A DNA stretch of 64,000 nucleotides, taken from positions 868,001 through 932,000 of the forward strand of contig JAYWIR010000031.1 in the NCBI GenBank assembly GCA_036172245.1. Direction: 5' to 3'. Shown here one piece after another: positions 51,231 through 64,000 of the stretch (positions are counted from its first letter, which is position 1; each line of letters opens with the position of its first letter). Source of the stretch: Raillietiella orientalis (Eukaryota). A model generated the notes under the pieces. That model searched no databases, was not told the DNA's origin, and saw nothing but the letters and a program-made list of their open reading frames with translations. Position numbers and translations under genes: made by a program.

Positions 51231-53124
51231 CTTCAGTAGGCAAGACGTGCATCCCAAGAGATGGACACGATCCACCTTAGCCGCAGCACTGTCCTCCATA
51301 TATGAGCGTGATGACAGTAGCTGTCCGGCTAGGAAGGTCTCCTGCTTCGTGGCAGGACTCGGTAAGCCGAGCTTGCTGCCCGGGAACGCCATGACACCGA
51401 GTGTTCGCACCCAGGCAATTCCCTCTCCTGGATGTACGAGTGATCCCCACCATTCTCCTAAATGGTTTCATTCCTCCCCTCTAGTGGCAGCATTCTCCCC
51501 GCCCTGGGGCTTCCCAGTTCTTCTGCTCCGCAGGGACTCTCGACCTCCGGACCGCTGTGAATGCTGTGCTGCATCCGAGCGGCAGACGCGATTCGCTATG
51601 CGGTGGGTGCAGAGACAGCACCAGAAGACGGCCAGTCACTCGGCTTCATCCTACTTTTGATGCAGAGGGCAGCAAGGTGGCCTTGCCTCCGTCTCCAAGT
51701 CGAGAAGGCGCCTCCTGGGTCGCGAGAAGGCAATAAGCAGGGCGGACGGTTCTCTCGTTTCCCGGAGAAGATAAATGTTTGCTCCCGGTGCTTTCTCGCC
51801 ATCACATGTTACCGGAACCTCTCCTCACCGAGCTCGTTTTCCTGTTGGCTACCAACCCCCCGTGTCAGCGCCCCGGCTGGTGCCTCGAAGGCAAGTGAAT
51901 GCGTGTTTCTTTACTATGAGCAAGCATCCCGGCATGACCGGGTTCGAAACATCAACACCTTGGGACCCTTCCAGTTCGCCGCAAGACTCTTTCATGGATC
52001 TCTTCATGCCTGGCCTGAGGGGGGCTTCGAAGACCAAAGTTCCTGGCCCGCAGTGGTGACGGCTGGAGCAGCAAGCTCAGCACTTGCATGCGACGATCAT
52101 GTTTGCGCAATTCAATTGAATGGACCAGCGCGAGAGCCAGTCGCACCTCCTGAACGCCTCTGGTGATGTCGCCGCTGCGAGGTTTTCGATGCTTCATAGT
52201 CGATCGAAGAGCACGTGCCTCTTTCTATCCTCTTACTACTGAGTTCCAGCAGCATCCCTGCTCTCGAAACCAAAAAAAAGCAAAGCTCTTCCATTGTTCA
52301 TATCCCGATCCCAATCTGACCATCTGCTCCCCTGTCAAATTCGTCCTTCTCGCCTTTTTAAACCTTTGGGAGAAAACGTGCTAGCGGCAGGCTCCTGTTC
52401 CTCTTCTTAGCAGCTTCCTTACCCATTAATAACTGAAATGCTAATTTGCTGGCACATCACCCCTAAATAAAACTCGGCCCTGTTATGCTACGTATAGCAG
52501 TCATCCTATTCAACTCTTGAACATCCGGATAGTAAATATCAATTTGTTTTTTGATGCAAAAGATGACCACCTTCAGCACTCCTAACCTATTTACCATCTC
52601 CTTTTCGGTACTTCCCTCTATCAACACCCAATTCAATTTTTTACCAACAATTTCACAGCGCAATTCAACAGAAAAAAGAAAAAACATAGTTACCAATGCC
52701 GAAGAAATCTTTGCCCCGACAAATCTTACCCCCTTCCCTGCCCAGATACACTTTCCGGCACATCTACTATGCTACAACTTATCTAATCTTACATTAGAGC
52801 GATGGGTGACTTGTACTCGACGATTATTATATTGAATCCTATTTCAATAAAAAATCACACTTATGCATCCAAATTTTACATATCGTAGTTCACTCTTATT
52901 CCTCTTCATGCTGCATCCTGATTAGAACTCTCAACTTATTGGGAAAACTAATTACTCCTATATGATCAAATCAACGATATGCAACATTAAAAAGGTAAGT
53001 TTCTAGCAGATTATCACTTACCAGGGAAACTCCTCTAGTAATTATCTCTACTACAGCCGAGCTATATCCATATATAGCCGAAGCTTAGCGATGGCTTAGC
53101 AGTTGCATTCACTCCCTAAGAGAT

Positions 53125-53600
53125 GCCGGTCAGAATCACGAACGGCGCAATCCCGAACGATCATTGAAACTAATGTAATGCATATTAATATATACATTTA
53201 TGAATAAACAGTTTATTTTAATATATATTGAGGATTATAAAAAACAAACATGTATATTTATTGTATATGCTTGGTAGACATGTATTAAATGGATTTATAA
53301 ATATCTGATTATAGACGTATCTATTTATTTTTTATAAACTTTAATATGCATATCAATAACGTATTGATTACATTAATCAATATATACGGTAATAATTTCT
53401 ATGTTAATCCATATTAAATATAAATACTCATTAAATAACTACTATCTATAATAAACGTATATATTTATTTCTTCTAATCTTTATATGCATTAATCTATAC
53501 ATAAATATATATGCATTAATATGTATAATAAACATATGTATTTATTCCTTACGATCTTTCGAGACTTTTCGAGACATTCGGGATTTTTTTAAACCCAACC
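53125..53600. mobile_element. AT-rich MITE-like element with AATCCCGAA-containing inverted ends (possibly MULE-derived)
   Basis: Left CAGAATCACGAAC..CAATCCCGAAC; right TTCGAGAC repeats then TTCGGGATTTT; very AT-rich interior. Same terminal motif as the element at 59716. Confidence 0.6.
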
Positions 53601-56600
53601 TCACCCACCCTCATCCCAACTTCGAAGATCATCCATGAACCGGCCTTCCGCATTATCGACTCGTGAGCAACAGGTGGTTTCAACTTTCCCATTTTCAAGT
53701 TGATTTATGTCCTCTTTACAGAGCCACCAGGTTCGGGTTCGTAGAAGCTTTGCTGCCCCATTCATTAGTTGCATGTGGATTACCCTTGGTGGTTGGCGTC
53801 GGCAACAAGCCCTTCTGAAGCCCTCCCAACGCCTCTTAGGAATGCTGCAGTTGTCTTCCCGAGAAGTCATCAGGACGTTCCCACACCGTGATGGTCAGAA
53901 TTTTCCTTCATGCGCCTTCTAGACGGGGAGTAGGTCCGCCTTGCTTCCGCCTAAACCCTTTCCTAGCAGTCGCGCCAAACATCACCAATCGGGGATTCTG
54001 CTTCTCAAGCACTGAGCTCTCCGTTTGTACCGGTCTGTTCAGCACGGATTCCTCTACAGCAAGGACTCATTTTGGCTCAGAGGAACTCAAATCGAGGGTT
54101 GATGAGGGCAATCTCAGCGCACGAGGTAACATGGAAGCACGCAAGCATCTCTTTTCGATGGGCTGCAGGCTCTTTTCCAGGAATCCGCCCGAGTCCACGT
54201 CACACGATGGTGGGCGTGCGGGCTAAGATATTTGTTTCTGTTCTGAAGCAAATTTATGCAGAGTCTTTGGTTTTTTTCCCGGGCTCATGCAGCAGGCACA
54301 CCCCCGTGCGATCTCCGTGGGTGGGGTAGGATTCTCCTGAGCCGGGATTTCCGACCGACGCGTACACCTCCCTCCTTCCCTTGGCTCTGCCTGTTCGGCG
54401 TGCGTGTCAAATTTCCAAGACTGCATCCTTTTATGTTTAGTGTGGTCACCCCGGTTCGGGTCGACTTTTCGTGCGTTTTGGAGGTGCTATTGCGCAGCAG
54501 CTTTCGGGAGTCCACGCATCACGCGTGTCTGCTTCATTCACTTTTATGAAATCTTCAGGGAACGATTGACGGAAGAGACGCCCTCCTGTCAAAAGAATCG
54601 AAAATATGAGTGCTGCGAAGGGTCTAAGAAACGCAAAAGGCCGCGCTTATCAACTGCCCATTTTGTATCAACCGCATTCTTACAACAGCAGCTGCGCCGT
54701 GTTTCGTATACAAAAAAGGGATAAATGCTTGCTGTACTCCGAGAGGTCGCCATCAGCAGCAAGGATTTATGAACTGAAGAACTCGTTTTTCAAAAATGAA
54801 GGCTGTGGGATATGTGGATGAGGAAAGCACGAAAGTCCCAAGATCGGAAACGTCCAGCTTGCAAACTGAGGCAAACAGACGGACTTCTCCAAACGCCAGT
54901 GTCCAGTTTCACACGGGTGCGGCGTGGTCGTAGAGGGCTCACGGGAATTTCATATCCACAGCGCGCATTTGGATCACCATCAAGTCAACAAATCATTCTG
55001 TGCACGGGTATCTGTGCGCCTCCGGTCACTTCTCTGTGCTGACCGGTTCGTTGGACCGCACCATCCAGGGAGCGGGTATGCTGCACTGTCTCCCGAAGAT
55101 ACTGGATTCTGGAAGCGGCTTTCGCGCAAATCCAATCCTTCGGAAGACTTCGAAGACGTGGAAACGGCACCGCACCGGGATGATTTTGCACAACATGAAT
55201 AGTGCAGGGCTTATACGAAACCATCCATATTACGTGTCATTATTCAAATAATCATCAAGTTGAGTATCATTTGGCATGTATACAGAAAGGTAAGCGGGTT
55301 TTTTTTTTTTTTTCTCCCTGGAGCTGATCAAATTAAATCCTCTTCCTAGAGGTAGCGTCTTTGAGGGAAATTTGTCTTGAAATCATTAAAAGTGCAAACA
55401 AGCAGACTCTAGGTAATCCGAATTTATTACTAGAGATCAGGGAGAGCGGTTTTGGATGCAATGGAGAGGGTTTTAAACTGATAAAACGGGAACGGCGAGG
55501 AATGGCACCCTTCCGTGGATTCTGGAATGTGAATTTCAGGCTGCTCACTGAGCAGTTTCCAAAGCTGAACTGTGGTATCTATGGAGTATCGTGCTTTCTT
55601 CGGCTGCTGAAGATCAACGGAAGCGTTTGTCAGGAAAACCGGGAAGCAAATTTTCTTATGACCAAGGCATCAGCGTTCCTGTCTATGACAACCGTCCCGT
55701 CTACATGTTCATCCGGAAATGTGAAAATGACATTGTCCGTTCCTGGATCATCCAGTTAAAGTGACCGCCACTACTGGTCCATCGATCGTTCTCGGGAGAA
55801 TGTCTCTCCTGGACTGGGTTCCTCATGTAGTCCGGAAGCAGAAACCACCTGAAATGACCTTTTCAGTGCAGCACATCAGCCGACTGAGCTGTCCGGGCGA
55901 AAGTCACGGGCGACTTTTACGAGTTTTCAAGGAAGATGAAGTTTTCTTCAGCAGCTACGGGCAGAATAAAGAGATTCCATAATTCAGACAAATTGGGAAT
56001 GCCCTCTCTCCTTCCCCATATTGGAGCGCTCTTATTTTCCCTAGTCCTGTTTTTAGCGCGTATACATGAGATCAGAAGACGATTCTCACATGATTGAGCA
56101 AAGAATCTCTATTTTGCAAACAGCACGATCTTGTACCGGTTCAAAATCAGAAACGACATTGAATTCTCCACATTGGCAGAATGTAGACCCATCTGGAACC
56201 TGTTTCTGGGAGCGGTCCCATTTGGCGTGCTATCACTTCTCGTTCACGTTTGGGTCTTCGCTTTCGGGCGATCTGTCGAACCTTTTGCTTCGGATGCACT
56301 CCCACAATTCTGCACGCTTTTTTGTTTACACGAGTGATTTGTTTCCTGCGCGACCTTAACATGAAAGATTGACCTGAGCACCATCTAGTTTGTTACGCGC
56401 CAAATGGACAACGCGAAATCCACCTCACAGCTCTTGCAAAGATGATTCCCATTCCAAAGGTTCGTTCGAACGACTCATCATAGAATTCAAGCCTTTAGTC
56501 GACCAGCATTTCCTTTCCCCAGTCAGCAGTCTCTTTCAGCTTTAAGCCAACAAAATCCGATTGACGGAACTACCTTGGTTCCGGCAGGCTGATTTTGAAC

Positions 56601-57064
56601 GCTCTGCTATCTGCATCGAGAAGAGAATACAACAGAATTTTTTTTTTCCTCGCTGTTCATCCAACTCAAGAAAGAGGCAGCAAGACGCCTAAGGGCAGTG
56701 AGCATGGGTTCCCTTGGAGAGGGACACGCGTGAGTTCTGGAAGAGAACCAGCAAACTGCACACTCGAGGGACTCCCTGCTGGATGTGCGTGTACGGGGTC
56801 CGGCCAACATCCGAACACGAAGACTTCTTTCTTCCAAGGAATCCTCACATCAATTCATTCAGCGAGAGGCAGTCATTCCAGAATACTCCATTGAGTGGAA
56901 CAGATGTCGCCCCATGGCGTAGATCCTGTGGTCGCGACCCGGATACGTCTGCTGTAGGAAGGGTATGTCAGAGAGAAACGCCGTGAAATCAAGGATTTGC
57001 AAAAGTCGCTGTTTGGAAGAAGGAAGTTTATGCAGAATATCTGTTCTTTCGCCAGGCCTTGCCC

Positions 57065-57790
57065 GCGTCAGAGGCTTTGTGGTTAAGGCTTCCGTGCGTG
57101 GCACCATGCGTCGCGGGTTCGAATACTCCGGCAGAAACGGACGCCACTGCGTCGTCGGGTTCCGAGTTTCTCCTGCAATGGCGCTGGTTGGCCTAATCAT
57201 TCGGGCGTGGCACCGGTGGTGGATTCAGCCGGAGGCCCCCGATGAAGGCTGGAACAATGGGAAATTGACCTTCGGGTCTTCCCAGGAATAAAGGAGTGGG
57301 GAGTTCCCCCACCTGTCGTGCAACGGAGAGCGGACCCCCTCACCGAGGGACCTTTCCGGTTTCAAGATGGAGCAGGAGTCCCCTCACGGACACCTCTGAA
57401 ATGAAATGGAGAGGACCACCCCCCTTCTGGGGTGGTCATTCCGGAGAGAATGAGGAAGGAGATTCCTTCCGGAGACAACCAGGGTGGGAGGTGCGATACC
57501 CCCCCAATCAGAGGAGATCCCTCGCCAAATGTGAGAGGAACGGACTCCGAGTCCTTCCTGTATTCATAGGGCGGACTCCCATCCCGGGGTGCCCCCTATC
57601 CTGAAGAATAACAAGCACCCTCCGCGGGTGATGTGGAACCGTGTTAGAGAGCCACGTGCGCCGCGAGGCACGTGACCGGCTCTGAGGTACTTAGCGAACC
57701 AAAAAAAGCAAACTCTGAAAAAAAAAAAAGCTGGAAGGAAAACAGCGAAGACAGAAGAAAAAGAACCCATCATCCTAGGCCAATGGTAAC
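57065..57790 (+). mobile_element. Copy C of the structured repeat family
   Basis: Best tRNA-like head (GGCTTTGTGGTTAAGGC...GTGCGTGGCAC...GGTTCGAATACTCCGGC), pseudoknot module 57148-57230, UUCG hairpin 57258-57284, tail hairpin 57556-57571, A-rich tract, and a 3' CATCCTAGGCCAATGGTAAC shared with copy D. Confidence 0.75.
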
Positions 57791-57852
57791 GATCTCCTCT
57801 TGGGGTCGCTACTGGCCTCATTGGCCTACTAACTGATGCTACTGCGTCGTCA

Positions 57853-57895
57853 GTTTCTGCCGGAGTATTCGAACCCGCGACCCACGGTGCCACGC
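57853..57895 (-). repeat. Inverted partial copy of the tRNA-like head of copy C
   Basis: Reverse complement matches 57096-57138 at 41 of 43 nt, with a 29-nt perfect core. Confidence 0.9.
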
Positions 57896-59279
57896 GGCTC
57901 TTCAGAAAGCGGCATAGCCGGAGGTGCTCTTTCCGAATCGAAGAATGGCTTGTTGTCCTGTATGTTCCGTAGAGAAATTGGACAGTCATGTAATGATGGT
58001 GAACTTTCAGAGAGCGAAGGCAAAGTACCATCTTATCAGTTGCTGATTCTCCTACCATGGTATTTTAGTTTACTCAGTTCTACTTCATTTCCGCTTTGCG
58101 GAGGAGCTCTTGTGCGCTACCCACCCAAACCAGCAAACTTGCGTCCATTTTACTTACACGCGGTGATTCTCCTAGGTTGAACTAAAGGAGTCTTTCCAAA
58201 GAGGGCGAATTCAGCTGAGCATATCGGAAGTTCTGATGCCATTCATGAAGAATAGAACTTCAACACATGGGAGCTTTCAATTCAGAATGCTGCAGCATGA
58301 CCGCCTCTTTCCAAAGACCTCACCTGCAGTCCTATTCCTTTTAGGAATGGCGAGTTGATCGGTTTGCTTTCGGAAGAGAATTTCTTTCTCTTACATGGCA
58401 GCAGGAAATTCTACTTCGAACGAAGAGCCCAGTTTCGAGAAGTTTCCACCACTGGGCCTGTTCCAGTCTGCCTGAATGCAGCATTAGAAAAAGTAATTTG
58501 TTGGTTCACGTGGTTCGAGAATGTTAACTCACGAAGATCCATCCTTTTGGCTGCAGAGCATGCAAGCATCGGAGTGCGAACCCAGGTCACTTTCCAGATC
58601 TGCGTCAGCTGCTGATCTCATTCGAAATGGAGCTGGGGAGATGTGGCATCTGACAAGTCCTCAGAGAGGAGCAGAAAGTGACTTCAGCGTACTTAGCTGA
58701 CCGTAGCTGCAATTGCGTGTGCCATGCCAACGGTTTGCGATCGAAAAGGAGCAGCTCGAATTTTCCGTATGGAGAAATCGAGGTTTCCGTAGATTAAATT
58801 TCGAATTTGAACTCTTTTTTTGAAAAAAAAGTAAAGCATTTTTTGATAGATCCTTCATACGCACGATTCTTAGAAATAAGGCGCTGGTTCTTTTGTGAGC
58901 TACTAGAAGGAATAGAAAGCACAAGTTCTGTGAAAATTCATTAAGAAACCCTCCCCCCCCCACACACGCACACAAAAAAAAAAGGACAGTCATTCTAAAA
59001 TCCAGCAATTTCCAGAATCTCTTCTTTTTGGTTTCGAAATTTATAGATATGCAGAGCTTTGCTGATCTTTTTCCTTTGATGAATTCCAATACGAGAGCTA
59101 CTTTTTTTTTTTTGTTATGCAGAGATGCTGCATGATTTTAATTAAAACATGGCGATCTGCTCTGAAGGAAGAAGAACGACGGAATTTCTCAGAGAACAGC
59201 GTCTCGCGATCAGTGGTTGAACTGCATAGATCATGCAAGCAGATGGTACAGCTTCCATATTTTTTCCTGTAGCATTTGA

Positions 59280-61100
59280 AGATTTCACGAGAAGAAGTTT
59301 GGCAGCTTCTTCTCTTGCTGATCCCGCATTCCGTTTTCCACGGACTCCAGCTGTTCACGTGCCGCGTCGACGGCATCCCTTTCATCTTGCGTGGCTGACA
59401 GCGTGAACAACAGAGTGTCGTCTTCCCACCTGTGCACCGCTGTTTCACCGACCTCGGAGATGCATGTCACGACCGCAAGGTTGAGTTTGACGACTTACAC
59501 CACTTGACCACTGTCCCAGAGACAGAGAGGAGGCAGTTTCTTCCTTCCGCCGAAGCGACTTTGGTGCGAACAAATGAGGCGGCGAGCAGCGGCCCGACTT
59601 CCTGCAGGAAGCGTGCCGCTTTGTCACGCGAAAGAAGCGCGCGGGGATGGGGCTGAACGGACAGAAGGAGCTGCTCGTAAGACAGCCATCCACCGGGGGG
59701 AAAGACGAGGACGATCAGAATCCCGAAAAATCGTAAAAAGCAAACGTATATGTTTATTGTACAGAGATTAATGTACAGATTCATTTTAACTATACATAGG
59801 TATTCATATTTACTAATATACATATTATAAACAGTTAGATCATTTGAACGTATTTGGTTATAAGGATACATTTTATTTTAACATAAGCAGTAAGGTGTTG
59901 ATTATATTATTGATATATATATGAAAGATTATAATAAATGAATAAATAAACTTACATTTATTAACACGCATCCATGTTAAAATAAATATATGAATAAATA
60001 TATGTTATGCAGATTATAATAAATAAATAAATATCATTACTATAATATCAATATATGTAGAAAATGCAAATATACATATACATATATTTATAGAAATATG
60101 CATACACATATTTATGTGCATGTATATACATATATTTCTATTTGTATCTGTATGCATATTTGCATGTATGTATAAACATGTATTCATATTTATGGGCGTA
60201 TGCATGTATATACTTATATTACTTCCCCGTTTTAATTTCAAATGTTAAATTACACATGTCAAATACACGTGTTCGTTCTTTTTTGTCTTAATTTGTTTGC
60301 TTTCTTATTTTTGCTTTTCTTATTATTAAAAATTCGATATTTACATATTCATTTAATATGTACATCTTGTAGTTTTTCATAAAAGATATCATTGATATAT
60401 TCCAAACTTATAAATCGTGTGAATAACGTAGCTTAATAAATGTTCATAAAATTTATAATATATATTTGCTACCAAATAATGTGCATACATATGAAAATAA
60501 ATTTGTAGATTACTCTGTGTATACCTATGTTATTCTACATAATAAATATATGCGTGCTTTTTACTATTGCTTCATATATATACCAATAATATAATCAGCA
60601 ACTTATTAATCTTATTGACAGAACGCACATTAATAAATGTATACGCTGAAATAATATCATTCTTTATAGTATATATGCTGACAAATATGAATAATTATGC
60701 ACATCAAAATAAATTTGTACTTCAATCTATGGAAAATAAGATTTCGATCTTTTGATCTTTCGGGATTTTGAACTGAACCCGGTAAAAAGGCCATGGGATT
60801 CAAGAGAAAGAAACCTCCCGGAATTCGTTCCAGACGTGAAAGCATCTCGCGAAGCATCAAGAAAGGATTTGTTCAGAATGCATCTCGGGAAAGAACTATA
60901 AAAAGAGCTATTTCCGGTTTTGGTGCTGTGTCCGATGGAAAAGTACTCATAACGGAAGGGTGATTTCCAGATTCTAATCACTGACCTAAAGACTGCACCA
61001 GATCTGCTTTGCAGCTGACCTTATTGCGATCTCATAACTCGATGGCAGTCCCTGTTCTTCGGCAACGCAAGTTACCATCCTGAAGGACTTTTCAGGCTCA
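59280..61100 (-). mobile_element. Decayed non-LTR reverse transcriptase relic, split by a MITE insertion
   Basis: Right of the MITE: LPKN.., SPFRYEYFSIGHSTK (QYGFRxGxST-like), FLDASRDAFTS..LESHGL. Left of the MITE: GWLSYE, SAEGRKLPPLCLW (PQGSxLxPLLW-like), WEDDTLLF (YADD-like), QLESVENG. RT domains are collinear across the insertion. Confidence 0.7.
59716..60780. mobile_element. AT-rich MITE-like element (possibly MULE-derived)
   Basis: Inverted ends CAGAATCCCGAAAAATC (59716-59732) and GATCTTTCGGGATTTTG (60754-60770), 15 of 17 matching; about 1 kb non-coding AT-rich interior. Confidence 0.7.
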
Positions 61101-63700
61101 TCCTAGTTTATGAAATGGGAGACCATGGTTGCGCAGCAGCGTTCGTGGCAACCGAAGCTCCGTAGCAAGAGCCAAACTAACTGAGGATCCAACTAAAGAT
61201 TTCAGCTCTGGAAGTTGACTACGGGGACGCGCGAAAAAAATCAAACCGACAAAGATGTGTGGATCCGTACTTGGCTGCCACGACAACGAGCTAAGCAAAC
61301 AGCAGATAGGTTCATCCAGTCACGGAGTAACACGTTGCTAGAAGCAGGAGAAGCTCCTTCTTTGCATGAGCCTTCGTTTCTTCGAGTATCCATCTTCAAA
61401 TTTCGGTGCCTGGGCAGGGATTGCCTTCCTTAAATCACCAGGTGCACGTCGATTTTGAGCTTGTTAATGATGAAATGACTCAGTAGGCTAACTGTTGCTG
61501 GTTTGAAGTAAATGATGTGCTCATCTGGGGATGAGCTGCGGATAGATAAACACTGGTGCCGATGTAATGTGCTAAATATCCGAAAACGAGATGAGTGAAA
61601 GTGCATCTGTAAGGGATGCTCGGATATTCGTGGCATTCTAATTGGACTGCGTGCAGTGGTACAGAGCACGAAGATGTACGTTTGCCCTTCCTTCTCTGAG
61701 AGACGTGCTGGAATTTTTCCAAAACGAACTTTGGAAACTTTAAAACAGATGATGTTTTCAAAAGTCAATATACTTTCTGATTAGGAAAGACACAAAGATG
61801 CAGTGACGCTGACGACGACCAGATCATTCAGGGTGTTTTACAAAGTCGACTTTTGTAATCACACTTGATCCGAAGCAGGATCTCTTAGGCGGAATGACAA
61901 ATTGTTCTCTGATAGGCGGAGGGCATCTCGTCCCTTATCAAAACATTCTCTGCTGCATCAGTACAGTATGCCATTCATTTTTTTTTTTTTAGCTGGGAAT
62001 TTTGAATTCAGGAGGGACTTTGAAAGACGAAAACAAGCATTCTCTGTCCAGCATCTTGTTGCCAGCATTCTTCCAGACTGTGAAGCAGAAATCCTTTACT
62101 CTTCGACCGCTTTCCACACCACTCGTGAGAGAAAAGTCTTTCGCGGGTTCGAATTCTCTCACTTGCAGTATTTTTGATAAAGCTGTGTTCGGTTGCTGCA
62201 GGTTGATTGGGATGCTGTTCGTTTCCTTCTGCCCACGTGCTTTTGACTAAAATAGGGGAAGAGATCCGGATTTCGAGAATGTGGCTCAAGAGACGGACAT
62301 GCCTCACTGCGCAGTTGCCAGGGTCACAGAGCGTGGTGGCACCGGGTATCCGAACTGAACTCTGGAAACATAACAGTGCTTGAAATGTCCCCCGATGTTT
62401 AATGTGGGAAGCTTGGCAACTTGATTCTTCCACGAATGAGCACATCAGTTATCGCTTTCAAAGCAACGGTGAGAAGAAGAGAGGAAGCCGTGCATGAACG
62501 TGTCTATGACAGGCTGCAACATGAGCATTCATCAACTTTCTTGGTCTGCCTACGCTCTGACGAGGTGCACGTCATTTAATTCGTCCATTAATTTGAAGCG
62601 TCCGACATCCGCATCTCTTTTCTGGAGAAACAGGAAAAAAAATAAAAGGCAAAGTAACGGTAGTGACCGTTCACCTTGATGTATGATAAATATACACTCG
62701 GGGATAAGAACATCAGTGTAGCGGTTTTCTCTTGACGTACATGATTTGTGAGAGCAGCATCTTTCATCTTTTTTTCGGAAAGCTTTTGATGACCACTCAC
62801 GGGAGATTTGGTTACTCTTCCTGTTTTCAAGTAATTGTTGTCCAGAAGGAAGGGAGGAAATGAGGCATATTTCCACAAATAAGGAGGAAAACGTGCGTGG
62901 ATATCGACAGTAAATCGCATGGTTACGGAAGAGCAGAGTACGTCCCTAAGACCGTCTCTAGGGTGGCAGCTACACGTAACTCTCCGCTCACGAATTCAGA
63001 TTTTTGGATCAAAGATCTCTCAAGTGCATCTGCAACCTCGCCAAATCGTCTTCAAGAGAAGAGGAAAAGATAGAAAAGTGCATCTTTCTCTGCTTCATGA
63101 GGGCGGGTATTCAAAGCTGAGTTCGCTGCCATCAGCCGATTCTTTTAGGTGGGATGTGCAAAATCCGACTGCGTAACAGTATACATCAAAGCCTCCCAGC
63201 CCTTGCTGCATTGACTACACGTCGAGAACAACTGCATCCCCCATTATCATCTTTGCTATTTATATATTATGCATCTTATTTACTCTTGCTTTTATTCATC
63301 TTTTTGAACACAAGGGGGTACACCGGAATTTTCTTGGACCGTCACTGCTCAGCAGGCTAAAATCTTTCTTTTTCTGAATCTTCAAATCAAAGATGCTTAT
63401 GGTTCACCTTTCTTACCTAATATTCAATTTGGGTCTTTTCCTGAGTATCGCTGGCGGAAGTGGTCACTGCAGGGACGCGTTATTCTTTCCGTCAGGTCAT
63501 CCCCGGAGTGCGACGAAAATTTCAGCCTCAGCTGCCGTGTTTTTTTGTTTTTTTTTGCATTCGCTTACATGGACCACCACCACTGAAGGAAGTTGCTGCT
63601 ATCCCACATGAGTTCAAGTCGAAGCATTTCGTCTTCCTCAAAAAGTTACTAGCGATTTCTCCTACATCCTGACTGGAAACAATAAATTCCTTTTCCGAGT

Positions 63701-64000
63701 GTTACCATTGGCCTAGGATGACGGAAATCTCTTCTTGGGTTCTTTTGTTTCTCTGTTTTCCTTATAGTATTTTTTTTGGGGGGGGAAGGGGAAGGGGGAA
63801 TTCCTAAGCACTCAAGAACCGTTCGCATCCTTAAGGGAAGTCCACGAAACTCCTTGATACCGTCCATGTCGCCCGAGAGTGCGTGTAACTCTTCAATTTG
63901 AGGGATAGTCTGGTAGGGGATCACCCTATGAATCCAGGAAGGCTCCGGAGGGAGCAGTCTCTCTCACGCTTGGTAGGGAACCCAGAAGGGAGCCATCTCT
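63701..64000 (-). mobile_element. Copy D of the structured repeat family (3' part; truncated by the window edge)
   Basis: Reverse complement of 63923-64000 is identical to 50233-50310; reverse complement of 63701-63720 matches 57771-57790. Confidence 0.8.

Noticed and set aside
59130..59470. Minus-strand frame with four in-frame TGA codons, suggesting a selenoprotein or readthrough
   Set aside because: The same frame carries LPPLCLW and WEDDTLLF RT-like motifs and also a TAA, so a decayed LINE explains it better; no SECIS recognised.

Overview
Eukaryotic (ecdysozoan, probably arthropod) genomic DNA; the species cannot be identified from the sequence. Three intact spliced genes lie on the + strand: Exo70/EXOC7 (2095-8422, 8 coding exons, 699 aa), GFAT (8786-19391, 15 exons plus a candidate cassette exon, 676 aa), and a small secreted Tyr/Ser/Pro-rich repeat protein (28770-29277). 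Many introns are only 38-60 nt. From about 29.4 kb to the end I found no intact gene. That part holds a multiply frameshifted UHMK1/KIS kinase pseudogene, decayed non-LTR reverse transcriptase relics and two AT-rich MITE-like elements; a Tigger/pogo relic lies at about 26.7-27.1 kb. The most unusual feature is a diverged ~700-750 bp repeat family (copies at ~48.2, 49.7, 57.1 and 63.7 kb). Its consensus is a tRNA-like Pol III head, then a pseudoknot with HDV-like (delta) ribozyme topology supported by compensatory changes between copies, then conserved hairpins and a ~40-nt subrepeat array. All gene models, alignments and folds were done by eye and need computational confirmation.
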